35,160 bases of DNA. Source: a virus (taxonomy: Duplodnaviria > Caudoviricetes). The DNA lies in the IMG/VR virus record IMGVR_UViG_3300038314_000589, positions 1-35,160 of that record; one strand, 5' to 3'. Under the pieces are notes generated by a model, which worked only from the letters and a program-made list of their open reading frames with translations, did no database searches and was not told where the DNA came from. Within the stretch, counting starts at the first letter, position 1; each line of letters opens with the position of its first letter. The position numbers and the translations under genes are program-made. Of the stretch, positions 1 through 9,513 are shown piece by piece.

Positions 1-11
1 GTATTTGCCAT
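1..11 (-). CDS. 5' end of next structural gene (MANT...), truncated by window edge
   Basis: ATG at 11-9, 4 nt after the stop of the upstream ORF; only the first codons are visible. Confidence 0.4.
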
Positions 12-15
12 AATT

Positions 16-249
16 TTATCCTAATGCTATTGCTAGAGCTGTTGCTTCTTCTGATACAGCCGCTGACGTTGGGGACTTCGTAGAATCGTTGATAACTTTA
101 ATTGTATCATCACTATCCTTAAAATATAGCCTGCTGACATCAGCATGATAATTAATAGCTATTTCGCCATAATCTAAATCACCAGCACCTGGGGCTGCAC
201 TTGTCGTAGAATTCCTCTTAAGATGAAGAATCTTATTAATACGAGCCAT
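16..249 (-). CDS. short tail-fibre-associated protein (Mtd_N-like N-terminal motif, C-terminal ALAIALG)
   Basis: HLKRNST..AP...LDYGEIAIN...RLYFKD motif typical of fibre attachment domains; AGGAG RBS. Confidence 0.7.
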   Translation of the reverse strand: MARINKILHLKRNSTTSAAPGAGDLDYGEIAINYHADVSRLYFKDSDDTIKVINDSTKSPTSAAVSEEATALAIALG

Positions 250-263
250 ATGCTACTCCTTTA

Positions 264-1259
264 CTAGTATGTTCCGCCATCAAGTGTAGCACTTTCTACA
301 GCACCACAAATAAGTGTCGCTAACGCATACCCAGTTGCAGCCTCATTTATAGTCGTACTAGGTTCTGCACTTGATCCTGTGAAAAGCGAATACTTTCCAT
401 CTGACGCATCTCTAAATATTCCTGTATATTCAGTCCTTGCATCGCTTGAATCGTAATAAGCTCCGTAGAAGCCTATGTCAAGAGCATCACCTGCAGTAGA
501 CGTTGTGTTGTCTTTTGCTAGGCTGATTAGAGGATCTTCTACAACTAACGTAGTTGATTCCACAGTAGTTGTATCTCCATTTACCGTCAAGTTTCCAGTA
601 ATGGTAACATTATCTGGAAGACCTACGGTAATAGTTCCACTACTCTCAGCAACTGTTATTTCATTAGAAGTACCACTAAAAGTAATTGCACTCCCTGGAG
701 TTATATTGGTTGAGTTTGATCCATCCGTTACAGAAACTGCAGGCCCCGAAAGCTTTGAATTTGCAATAGAACCTGCGAGCTGAGTATTGGAAACACCAGA
801 AGTAGCAATTGCTACTGCACCTGATGTAACTGTAAAGTCAGCGGATGCAAAAGACGCTACACCTTTGGCTGTTGTGGATGCGTTATCTCCTGCTATAGTA
901 ACCGTTGTGCCTGCTGCCGAACTATTAAGGCCCGATCCCCCAGCCACTGTGAGAGTTTCTGAATCAAGATCAATATCAATAGTTCCACTATCTGAAGTAA
1001 GATCTAGATCTTCTGCTGTTACTTTATCGTCTACGTATTTCTTGATTGACTGCTGGGTTGCAAGAGATTCGTCACTATCGCTCCCCATATTGTTTTCATC
1101 AAGAATAGGTGCTCCTATCCAAGATTTAGTTGTAGCATCTGTCGCCACATAGAACTTGCCATTATCCGTACTGAATAAGGGTTCACCTGCGACCATGCTG
1201 CTAGAGGGAGCTGCGTCATCCAGTCCTCGTCTAATCTGTATTTGGTTTACTCGTGGCAT
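264..1259 (-). CDS. tail fibre / spike protein
   Basis: N-terminal IQIRRG...GEPLFSTDNGKFYV fibre motif; T/S/G-rich beta repeats; GNLTVNGDTTTVESTTLVVEDPLI motif seen in marine phage fibres; ends DGGTY. Confidence 0.8.
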   Translation of the reverse strand: MPRVNQIQIRRGLDDAAPSSSMVAGEPLFSTDNGKFYVATDATTKSWIGAPILDENNMGSDSDESLATQQSIKKYVDDKVTAEDLDLTSDSGTIDIDLDSETLTVAGGSGLNSSAAGTTVTIAGDNASTTAKGVASFASADFTVTSGAVAIATSGVSNTQLAGSIANSKLSGPAVSVTDGSNSTNITPGSAITFSGTSNEITVAESSGTITVGLPDNVTITGNLTVNGDTTTVESTTLVVEDPLISLAKDNTTSTAGDALDIGFYGAYYDSSDARTEYTGIFRDASDGKYSLFTGSSAEPSTTINEAATGYALATLICGAVESATLDGGTY

Positions 1260-1286
1260 GATTATTTCCTTGTTGTTTTGTTATTA

Positions 1287-1592
1287 TTAATAGGAACCAC
1301 CATCTACAGTTCCTGATACGGCAGTGACGACCTCATTCCATGAGTCTTCATCCCTAGCGTAAAACTTGTCATCATCTGTGTCGTACCACAGATCTCCTTC
1401 CGTGACTCCCGTAGTGGGAGCAGCCGCTTGGCTAAATTTTTCTAGTGCTAACTCTTCAAGAGCAGCCTGTGCTGTAGAAGCAATCAAGTCACTAGTACTA
1501 GGATCTATTGTAATCGAACCTGCACTAGCTACTGTACTAACTGAAACCTGAACTGTTCCTTCTTCTGTAACTGTTATTGTATTCTCTGCCAT
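1287..1592 (-). CDS. small fibre/structural module protein
   Basis: APT..TEGDLWYDTD motif of phage fibre modules; ends DGGSY; TAATG-coupled to upstream gene. Confidence 0.7.
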   Translation of the reverse strand: MAENTITVTEEGTVQVSVSTVASAGSITIDPSTSDLIASTAQAALEELALEKFSQAAAPTTGVTEGDLWYDTDDDKFYARDEDSWNEVVTAVSGTVDGGSY

Positions 1593-1936
1593 TAGAAACT
1601 CGTTGTATCTGTTATTGTATCTTGCACTGTTATTATCCCTGTTACATATCTTCTAATAACACCCCCATATGACGAAACCAGGTCATATAATAGTTTACCT
1701 ACTGGCAACCCTCTAGTTGTAGAGGCTGGCATAGAAACCTTTACTGCTCCAGTAGCAGCATTTGTTATAGCGGTAGTAAATGTAGCTGCCACCCCTGTTG
1801 ATGATTTTCTTCTAGCTTCTGCCTTGAATGAATAGCCTGTTACGTTAATTACTTCACCATCGGCATCTTTAAGCTCAAGGGTCATCTCAAAATCTACGCC
1901 CTTTTCTATTGTGATATTATGAGTTCCAGCTGACAT
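1592..1936 (-). CDS. BppU-N/LtfC-like beta-sandwich tail/baseplate protein
   Basis: NITIEKGVDF..TL....G..INVTGYSFKAEAR...YDL pattern; TGATG overlap. Confidence 0.7.
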   Translation of the reverse strand: MSAGTHNITIEKGVDFEMTLELKDADGEVINVTGYSFKAEARRKSSTGVAATFTTAITNAATGAVKVSMPASTTRGLPVGKLLYDLVSSYGGVIRRYVTGIITVQDTITDTTSF

Positions 1937-2340
1937 CAGTAACTATGTTGGGCAATATAATAACTTGTCCCATCCTTATCTTTATTAGCGTGCTGCTTAC
2001 CACGTTTTAACGTATCTTGCCATTCCGCTCTCCAATACCTTGCTCCAGAAAGATCACCTTTCCTAGCCGACAACTTTTCCAAAACTCTAGAGACGATCCC
2101 TTCGTGGAATTGTTCAGGTATGTTTGGAGGTGTTGAAAGCGTTGTATCAAACTTGGTTGCTTTTTTGTAATAATGGATTCTGAATGAGTCCGCTGTCTGG
2201 ATATCATCCGTTCCGAGTGATTTAACTTCTTTTTCTTTGTCATATCTACCTACCAAATACTTACCAAGATGCAACTGTTCATCCTTCAACCACCATACGA
2301 CCTGATAATCACCAGCCTTAGTTGTAGATCCTTTAGCCAT
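1936..2340 (-). CDS. head-tail adaptor-like protein, C-terminal half
   Basis: IHYYKK.......P.IPEQFHEGIV..VL..L....GD...A.YW pattern of the C-terminal half of podovirus-type adaptors. Confidence 0.6.
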   Translation of the reverse strand: MAKGSTTKAGDYQVVWWLKDEQLHLGKYLVGRYDKEKEVKSLGTDDIQTADSFRIHYYKKATKFDTTLSTPPNIPEQFHEGIVSRVLEKLSARKGDLSGARYWRAEWQDTLKRGKQHANKDKDGTSYYIAQHSY

Positions 2341-2645
2341 TATGTCATATCCTCATTAGCAATCATACCAGCAAACCTGGGTATAGGGGTATCTGTACTC
2401 TCCGAATCATCAACCCAATCAACTTTGTAAATTTCTAGAACATCATCTGCGTCAGTTATTCCAGAAAAATCAGTTAAGTCATATACTCTTTTATCTAAAG
2501 TAGCACTTACAGTACTACTCCCAGTAAGTATCCTGGTCTCAGAAGTAAACTCATCAAGAACACCATTCAAAAGAAGACGCAATTGAGTCTCCCCAACATC
2601 AGGGTGAGAAATTTGCACCATTTCTATCATCTGTTGCTGAGTCAT
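2340..2645 (-). CDS. head-tail adaptor-like protein, N-terminal half
   Basis: MT.QQMI..V.......L..LLN..L.EF...T.IL.........YDL.....LEI..V pattern of the N-terminal half of adaptors. Confidence 0.6.
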   Translation of the reverse strand: MTQQQMIEMVQISHPDVGETQLRLLLNGVLDEFTSETRILTGSSTVSATLDKRVYDLTDFSGITDADDVLEIYKVDWVDDSESTDTPIPRFAGMIANEDMT

Positions 2646-3079
2646 TATGGTGTAGCCATTACTTCAACGGCAATAGCCCCGCTTGATGAAGTTCCTGTTA
2701 ATACTGGTGTATCGGCTACTGCAAATGGTAATATAATTGCATCCCCCGCTGCTAATACAGCAAATTGATTTCCACTTTCCATTACAGACAGGGTTGAAGT
2801 AGTGGCTGTAGTTAATGCATCTTCCTCAAACCCACTATGCTTTATAAAAACAAACTTAACGCTTGAAAATGTTCCTAAGGATGTGGCACTTGTTACGATT
2901 GCATGGGCTGGGTCTCCAGCTGTATAACCTACGGTTGTACCCCAAGTGCAAGCAACGCTACCGCTACCGCCTAAACTTCTGTTTACATCAGCAGCGATTG
3001 TATCAACCTCTACATTTTCTCCCGCCGCCACCGTAACAACTGGTGTAGCACTTACTGCAAAATCTACTCTACTTGCCAT
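2645..3079 (-). CDS. putative virion structural protein (beta-rich, A/T/V-rich)
   Basis: 144 aa ORF inside the morphogenesis operon, coupled to neighbours; no family recognised. Confidence 0.6.
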   Translation of the reverse strand: MASRVDFAVSATPVVTVAAGENVEVDTIAADVNRSLGGSGSVACTWGTTVGYTAGDPAHAIVTSATSLGTFSSVKFVFIKHSGFEEDALTTATTSTLSVMESGNQFAVLAAGDAIILPFAVADTPVLTGTSSSGAIAVEVMATP

Positions 3080-4727
3080 CTTGTTTACCCCCTTCAGGTA
3101 ATTTATATTGTTGCACGAAAAATTCTAGTCCCTGTCTATATTGTCCCTGCAAGATCTGTAACTCCTGGATCATTGCGCCATGTTTAGTGAACTCTGTGTC
3201 AATTTTTTTGTTATATACACCGAAACCAGATTGAAACTCCTGGCTTCTATTGGATATATCTGAAGTATAACCTCCTAACTTCTGCGTAGCCTCCTCTCTC
3301 CATAGTGTTACTTCTTTACTTAACTCATTTGTTGTATAAACAGTAACCTCTTTATTCACCTGAGCTTGATAATCATTCACATCAGCTGAATACTTAGAAA
3401 TTTTAGATTGATACTCCTGAATCTGCTTTTGGAGATCTGATTGAGCATCTTGCTGAGCCTTTGACGATAAAGCAGACAGGTCACCAGTCATTTTAGCCAC
3501 CTTGGCCTGATATTCAGAATTTGCAGCATTAAACTCTGACAACTCGTTCTGTATATCAGACTGGTACTGTCCCATATCATCATTCCTCTGCTGTTGCCAC
3601 TTGGATAGGGAATGACTTAAATTATTATTTACCCATTCCTGAACTGCCTGATTAACCTCTGCCTGGTACTTCTGAATCTCATATGAATACTTCTGGAGTT
3701 TCTGACCATCATCGCTGGAAGCAAGTCTTGCATTCTCTATAGACTTCTGTAGCTGTGCCTGATATACAGCATTCTCTTTATTAAAGGTATTTACCGAATC
3801 CTGCACCTCAGAACTAAATTTCTGTAATTTTAGACTTACTTTATTCAACTCAGCATTAGCAAGCTCCACATCCTCATCTGTCTCGATAAATGACTTAGCT
3901 TTTGAAAACTCAGCTGGATTGACAGGAGAAGTATAAGTAGGAACGGTTTGAGTGAACGATATTGAATTGTCAGCCAGAGCTGGAGCTGCAGGAGCTACCA
4001 TTCCAATACTAAGAGCTGTAATAGTAGGAGCGTCAGTAAGAGATAAAACTGGCTTAGTGTACGAAGGCGGAGAACTTGGCAATGAAGCTGCAGCAGTTGC
4101 TACGACTGGAGATGAGAATACAGGTTCTTCTGGTTTTGTAGGTGCACTAACTGATACAGACAAGTCCGATATAACAGGAACTGCTGGCAATGTTAAAGAA
4201 GGTAGGGTGTAAGTTGGAACTGAAATATCCTTTACACCATCTCTCAGTTCCTCCAACTGCGACATTCTGGCTCTTATGGCTGTACCATACATAACAAGAT
4301 GCTTAACTTCATCTGGGACGCCAGTGAAATCTGAGTCATCATAGTCTATAGTAGGATAACTTACATAATGTACTTTTGCGTCATTTCCGTTAGGAATCAT
4401 ATAAATCTTTCCACCCTCTCTATAAAATACTGGAGACTTTGTAGATCTATAATGTATTGAACCTGTATCTGAAGCTCTCGAAGCATCGGATGCGTTTATT
4501 TCAATAGCTCTATAAGATGCATTTGCAGCATATAGAAACTTCCCAGTAGTAAGGGTAACCCCAGACCCAGTATCTGGAGTAGATGTAGACACTGTCCAGA
4601 GTACATCGTTAGGTAATATTGAAAGAACTTCCTTAGCTGCATCTGATGCCCATTGGGTTACAGCCTCTGAGTTCTCTATCTCACCTACTAGATCTTCTAC
4701 TCTTGATTCTACCGATTGTGAAGCCAA
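3069..4727 (-). CDS. adaptor-like domain fused to Pro-rich linker and repeated coiled coil
   Basis: TTG start with AGGAG RBS; first ~160 aa adaptor-like (P.FY...GKIY.IP...HYV.YP....VP.E..HLV.YG); P/S/T-rich aa ~170-270; Q/E/K heptad repeats afterwards. Confidence 0.65.
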   Translation of the reverse strand: MASQSVESRVEDLVGEIENSEAVTQWASDAAKEVLSILPNDVLWTVSTSTPDTGSGVTLTTGKFLYAANASYRAIEINASDASRASDTGSIHYRSTKSPVFYREGGKIYMIPNGNDAKVHYVSYPTIDYDDSDFTGVPDEVKHLVMYGTAIRARMSQLEELRDGVKDISVPTYTLPSLTLPAVPVISDLSVSVSAPTKPEEPVFSSPVVATAAASLPSSPPSYTKPVLSLTDAPTITALSIGMVAPAAPALADNSISFTQTVPTYTSPVNPAEFSKAKSFIETDEDVELANAELNKVSLKLQKFSSEVQDSVNTFNKENAVYQAQLQKSIENARLASSDDGQKLQKYSYEIQKYQAEVNQAVQEWVNNNLSHSLSKWQQQRNDDMGQYQSDIQNELSEFNAANSEYQAKVAKMTGDLSALSSKAQQDAQSDLQKQIQEYQSKISKYSADVNDYQAQVNKEVTVYTTNELSKEVTLWREEATQKLGGYTSDISNRSQEFQSGFGVYNKKIDTEFTKHGAMIQELQILQGQYRQGLEFFVQQYKLPEGGKQDGK

Positions 4728-4749
4728 TTACTTCTCCTATTAAATTTTG

Positions 4750-4773
4750 CCTGACCCTTTTTACGGGGTCAGG
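4750..4773 (-). terminator. GC-rich hairpin after major capsid gene (weak terminator or mRNA stabiliser)
   Basis: CCTGACCC/GGGTCAGG 8-bp stem 13 nt after the MCP stop; no clear U tract on the minus strand. Confidence 0.55.
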
Positions 4774-4786
4774 ACTTTACGGTTTG

Positions 4787-6163
4787 TTACGCCCACTTCA
4801 TGACAGCATGAGTTTCAGGCAATGAGATTTCAAGACCGCATTCTGTCAGGATCATATCCTGGCGGCCATCCGTATCATTATTCTGAACATTTGTCATGAG
4901 GAAGGTATCACGGTTCACACCATTTCCCACTAGGGGACGATATGCCACGTTCTTTAGATCAACTGCAACAGCGAAATCATCATACATTCCACGGAGCAAA
5001 GGCTCCTGAACGAAATGAAGATCGCCAAAAATAGTTGTCACCTTAGTCACTGCATGCCCGAAAGAACCTTTGATGTTTTGTACATCAAGATTATACGAGG
5101 ATTGAGCGACTGAAGCATCTAAGAAACCTGCATTGGAACCAAGTTTTTGGAACCAAGCTAGGACTTTCCTAGAAGCGAGAACTAGTTTTGAACCAGAGTT
5201 GCCAGATTCAGGATGAAAGAAATCTTCCATCGTATCCACGAAAGCATCATAGCCACTATCTTCATAGGTGTAGTTATACACTCCACCACTCTTTCCATAG
5301 GCTCTGGTGTAGGGAATAATACCCCACGTATGCCTTTGCGGGCCTGAACCAGACTCGTCCGCTTTGCCAACACCATACAAGAGAGCTTGCTCAAGATCCA
5401 TCTTGTGCTCCATTAGCTTTTCCTGCCACACTCTGCGATACTCATTCGGGATTGCCCGATACTGAGTTGCCATAGATGTGCCAGAGAACAAACTAATTGC
5501 AGTTTTGAAGATCTGAGTATAGCCTTCTCTGTCATACAGCTCGTCACGCCAGGATTCAGGTTTCCCTGTTCCCTCAGCCCATGACGAACCAATAACCATA
5601 CAGTTCGCATTATCTGCGATATCTACATCAGTGTAACCTGCCACTGTTCCACTAGAAGCCATTGTAACGCTTCCAGCTTTGGCAACAGAGTCAACTTCTA
5701 GCTGCATTGTAGTCTTGCCAGAAGCAATAGTAGGTGCTGAGTAGATATAACCTGTCAACTCAATCACAGCGTCACTATCTCCAGCATCGGTTGCTGAGAG
5801 AGTTACACGCTGATTTTCGAGCAAGAACTCAGGTGCTGTTTCGGTAGAAGTACTTCTGCCGTCTTTTGTGACATTGCAGTATACTTCAATACTACCTACC
5901 GTAGCATCTGAGGCCAGGTTTATGGTACTGATTGCTGTTTTGACTTTGAAATGGCGTCTCTGCCATTGATGTCGTTGTTCTAAGAACTTAAACACAGGAT
6001 CGTCAGTGGGTTTCTTTCCGACTTTCGACAGGTAAGCAAAGAAAGGTGACTGCTGGGGAGCAAGCTCCGCAATCCGTTCACCAAAATTGAATACTCTGCG
6101 ATTATCATCAATAGAAACGCCCTGAACCGCATTACCTGGGACTGGACTATAAATAGTAGCCAT
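4787..6163 (-). CDS. major capsid protein (HK97 fold, SU10/DUF5309-like)
   Basis: EG...P.......GYTQIFKT, L.EHK.DLE.ALLYG, LTECGLEI..PETHA motifs; position after portal and scaffold; AAGGAG RBS. Confidence 0.88.
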   Translation of the reverse strand: MATIYSPVPGNAVQGVSIDDNRRVFNFGERIAELAPQQSPFFAYLSKVGKKPTDDPVFKFLEQRHQWQRRHFKVKTAISTINLASDATVGSIEVYCNVTKDGRSTSTETAPEFLLENQRVTLSATDAGDSDAVIELTGYIYSAPTIASGKTTMQLEVDSVAKAGSVTMASSGTVAGYTDVDIADNANCMVIGSSWAEGTGKPESWRDELYDREGYTQIFKTAISLFSGTSMATQYRAIPNEYRRVWQEKLMEHKMDLEQALLYGVGKADESGSGPQRHTWGIIPYTRAYGKSGGVYNYTYEDSGYDAFVDTMEDFFHPESGNSGSKLVLASRKVLAWFQKLGSNAGFLDASVAQSSYNLDVQNIKGSFGHAVTKVTTIFGDLHFVQEPLLRGMYDDFAVAVDLKNVAYRPLVGNGVNRDTFLMTNVQNNDTDGRQDMILTECGLEISLPETHAVMKWA

Positions 6164-6183
6164 TGGTAATTACTCCTTGTGGA

Positions 6184-7182
6184 TCAAGTCCACGGGTTTT
6201 GACGTTCATAGTCAGTTACCATAGCGTCCATAAGCTTATCCTCAACATCAGGTTCTTGAGCAGATTCCGCTGGTTGAACAGCAACTGGCTCTGGCATCTT
6301 AGCCTTTTCCTTCTGACGTCTCATTTTCTCAGCTTTACGCTGATTTTTGAGAACCTCTTCTGGTGGGGCACTCTTGATCTTATCAAGAGTAACAAGATTA
6401 TCCAAAGTAACACTAGTGGGGTCTGAATACCGCTCAATAAAATCTTCAGCGGCATCTGGAGCATAGTCAAAGGTATTTACTAACTGTGACTTTACATTCT
6501 CCACATACTGTTGGTTTTGCTGTTGTGCAGCTTGATTCTGCATACGCTGTTGCATAACATCATTCTGGGCTTCATAAAAATCAATCATCCCATCTCGATA
6601 GTCTTCAACTGATTCCCGATATTGATAGGAATTTGACTCAGGATCGCTATACGCATCTACAGGGTCATAGTTCGCTGGCTTGGCAGGTCTTTCAGGCCTT
6701 TGTAGTGATTGACTCTCCTGTCCACTTTGGGCTTCAGGAACAGTGCCACCACCTGACAAGTGATCTTCAACAGTCCTCAATACATTGGGATTGTTTTGAA
6801 TGTATCTAGCAATAGGTGCTAATTGTTGCATTCCCTCAAGCTCTTGACGAGTTTGATTAAGTTCACTCTGCGACTTGTCATACTGACTTTGCCAGTATTG
6901 GAATGAGTCTGGATTACCCTTATCAACATCCTGTTCAGAAGACGTCCCTTCTGCAGGAGCTGACTCAGCTGCAACAGTCTCATTAACCTCGACTCCCCCT
7001 GTGGGAGCAGGTTCATCCACAAATGCCCAATCCATCTTATCCTGTTCAAATAACTCGGAAAATGGGTCTAGCTCCTGAGGTACCGAATTTGGATCGGCGC
7101 TCACATCGGCTACGACTGGTTCTTCCGCTATCACTCCGTCAGGTATAGCTTCTTGGGACAATACTTCTTTTTCTTCAGCCAT
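6184..7182 (-). CDS. capsid scaffolding protein
   Basis: Acidic, Q/P-rich, helical; YWQSQYDK motif; between portal and MCP; AAGGAG RBS. Confidence 0.75.
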   Translation of the reverse strand: MAEEKEVLSQEAIPDGVIAEEPVVADVSADPNSVPQELDPFSELFEQDKMDWAFVDEPAPTGGVEVNETVAAESAPAEGTSSEQDVDKGNPDSFQYWQSQYDKSQSELNQTRQELEGMQQLAPIARYIQNNPNVLRTVEDHLSGGGTVPEAQSGQESQSLQRPERPAKPANYDPVDAYSDPESNSYQYRESVEDYRDGMIDFYEAQNDVMQQRMQNQAAQQQNQQYVENVKSQLVNTFDYAPDAAEDFIERYSDPTSVTLDNLVTLDKIKSAPPEEVLKNQRKAEKMRRQKEKAKMPEPVAVQPAESAQEPDVEDKLMDAMVTDYERQNPWT

Positions 7183-7202
7183 CGTTACTCCTTCGATCTC
7201 CC

Positions 7203-9458
7203 CTAGGCTTCTGCTTTTCCGCCCACAGGTTTAACCATTTGTTTTTGTAATGCAAGTTGATCGTTCAACCTGGCGTCATAAAGTTCTGAAGCTTTCTTGA
7301 CAGTACCCTCTGCATCTTTCAGGCCTGTCTTAAATTTTTCTACTTCCAGTCTCTTCTTCGCATGAACCTCTTCACGCTCAACAGTCTGGAGATCCCCCTT
7401 AAGTTTTTTAATTTCTTCTTGAGCCCCCTGTAATTCTTGTTGTAACTGTTGCACAAGTGCCGTCCTTTGTAATACACCCTCAGTATCCACAACCTCAGTC
7501 TTTTTAAGAACTTCAATTTGATCAATAAGACCAGATTGATACATCTGCATATAGACTTCAAGTTGTGCCCACCTATTAGACGGCATAGTAGACCCTGCAA
7601 CTGGTACAATATCGTATTTCCCGACACTGACATCATGAACTTTTCCAATCTCCTGATTGGTAAACTCATCGTAGAGTGGGATATTAATTCCCGTTTCCCT
7701 TACTGTCCCATCTGGTTGTACAAGCCTTATGATCTTTTCTTCCGTATGGATCTGCTGCATCATAGGTACTGCCACTTTAAACATTTGCTTGAGGAAATGT
7801 TCCACATCTGCTTGCCTAGACTTAGATCTCCTTTGCCCATATTCGTCAATAGCAACCGTCCCCCTGAATGTAGCTGGGGCATTCTCTGATGCTCCCATCA
7901 TAATGTCATGAACACCAAAACCATATTCCAGGTCATATTTTGCATCAGACTCATTCTTATATAGTTCATTAGGTAGAGGAACTGGCCCAGCAACAACTGG
8001 CTGACCAACCTCAGCATCAAACTCAATAACAGAAGTTCCTGCTCTCCCCCACTCCTCTTCTACCTGCTTTTTATTGACAGAACCTCTTGGAATGAGAAGT
8101 TTCACATTCGTAGAAGTAGAAGCATGTGCAATAATGAGAGATCGGATTTTATTGATATATATCTGAAGAGGTTTATATATCATAACATCACTAAGAGGGT
8201 AAGGATTTCTATTATGAACATTTGTTAATGGTATTATCGGATAATCTTCGCACGGAAGCTCTCTAACATACATCAACTTGGTACCGACAGAAGCAATCAC
8301 CCTTATTCTAGCTTCTTTGATACTGTTGACAAGAATCTTATCGCGATCCACTAACTCACCTTTGCTGGTAAGCTGAAATACTACAGTTGAACCTGGAATA
8401 GCACTGTTATCACCTTCCTCGCTTCCAGCAGCCATACTTGGAGGGGGTTGTATTGGTTGGCCAGTCTGAGGATCTGTAACAGCTTCGGGCTGAGTCATAT
8501 GAATGATTGATCCAAATTCCTCAATAATCTGCCCAATCTCATATAGACCCTCTGGTTCAGTTACGTATGTTTCAGTACCATCAGCCTTCTGGATTACAAT
8601 AGCCTGATTCGCCCGATACTCTTCATATTCCTTTTTATCATATGTAACATCATATCCAGTATCAGGTTCAAAAATATGGTATCGTTTATTAATAACTCTT
8701 GTATACCGCTCAATATATTCCCTCTTCTTGTGGTGCATATCTTGAAGATCTTCGAGAAACACCTCTCCCTGCGTAGCTTTTAAATCTGTAGATGGATAAT
8801 GTGTCATATTTGATTCTTCAGCAGATCTAATGACATTTTCATAATCTTTATATGTTTTCATGGCCTGCTCATCAGTCATAAGCTTTACAATCAAAATATG
8901 AGCAGAATCACTAAAATACGTATCTCGAGAGTTTGGATCTACATATACATCAAGAGGGTACACATTTTTTATAAAAACCTCTCCTTTTCCCATATCGGCA
9001 TGGGGGTCTTGATAAACTAACCCATATCCCATGCCACCGACATAATAATCATCAATTATAGTCTTAAGGTGCTCATCGCCATTGGAAACCTCCCAAAGCC
9101 ATTGAGCAAGATCAGCAAATATCTTAGAAGTCCTTCTATCGGAGTCTTCTCGTCCAGTTGATCTGAATTGTGGTTTATTAAATGTTAGGAGTGCTTTTGC
9201 TGTTTCTACAATAGGATGTATACGATTTACTACAATAGGAGCCTGACCCCTCTTCCTGAGTTGGGCAACTTGCTCTGTAGTCCACTGAACACCTGATCTA
9301 AATTGCTGACTCTCTTTAAATTGTTGCGCCCACTCTTCTCTGTGACGCTTATACTCCTCAAAGACCTCTAAAGACTCCTGAACCTCTTTATGTATCTTCT
9401 TTTGCCCTGGGCCACCTTCTGTAATAGTTTTTAGCACATCCTTAGGATCGCTAGCCAT
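7203..9458 (-). CDS. portal protein (P22-like)
   Basis: F.SG.QW...L..RGQAPIVVNRI.P.V; GGMGY; VYVDPNS..D; P.Q..INK..S; GKYDI; C-terminal coiled coil. Start moved to ATG 9458 (GAGGAG RBS) from GTG 9491. Confidence 0.9.
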   Translation of the reverse strand: MASDPKDVLKTITEGGPGQKKIHKEVQESLEVFEEYKRHREEWAQQFKESQQFRSGVQWTTEQVAQLRKRGQAPIVVNRIHPIVETAKALLTFNKPQFRSTGREDSDRRTSKIFADLAQWLWEVSNGDEHLKTIIDDYYVGGMGYGLVYQDPHADMGKGEVFIKNVYPLDVYVDPNSRDTYFSDSAHILIVKLMTDEQAMKTYKDYENVIRSAEESNMTHYPSTDLKATQGEVFLEDLQDMHHKKREYIERYTRVINKRYHIFEPDTGYDVTYDKKEYEEYRANQAIVIQKADGTETYVTEPEGLYEIGQIIEEFGSIIHMTQPEAVTDPQTGQPIQPPPSMAAGSEEGDNSAIPGSTVVFQLTSKGELVDRDKILVNSIKEARIRVIASVGTKLMYVRELPCEDYPIIPLTNVHNRNPYPLSDVMIYKPLQIYINKIRSLIIAHASTSTNVKLLIPRGSVNKKQVEEEWGRAGTSVIEFDAEVGQPVVAGPVPLPNELYKNESDAKYDLEYGFGVHDIMMGASENAPATFRGTVAIDEYGQRRSKSRQADVEHFLKQMFKVAVPMMQQIHTEEKIIRLVQPDGTVRETGINIPLYDEFTNQEIGKVHDVSVGKYDIVPVAGSTMPSNRWAQLEVYMQMYQSGLIDQIEVLKKTEVVDTEGVLQRTALVQQLQQELQGAQEEIKKLKGDLQTVEREEVHAKKRLEVEKFKTGLKDAEGTVKKASELYDARLNDQLALQKQMVKPVGGKAEA

Positions 9459-9513
9459 CCTCTCCTCAAGACCCGATTTATATTGCGGCACTTATTAGGT
9501 TCCCATCATTTTG

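Noticed and set aside
475-1152. Plus-strand ORFs antisense to the fibre gene, and similar antisense ORFs over portal, terS and the giant gene
   Set aside because: Shadow ORFs from codon bias of the coding strand; no RBS or motifs.
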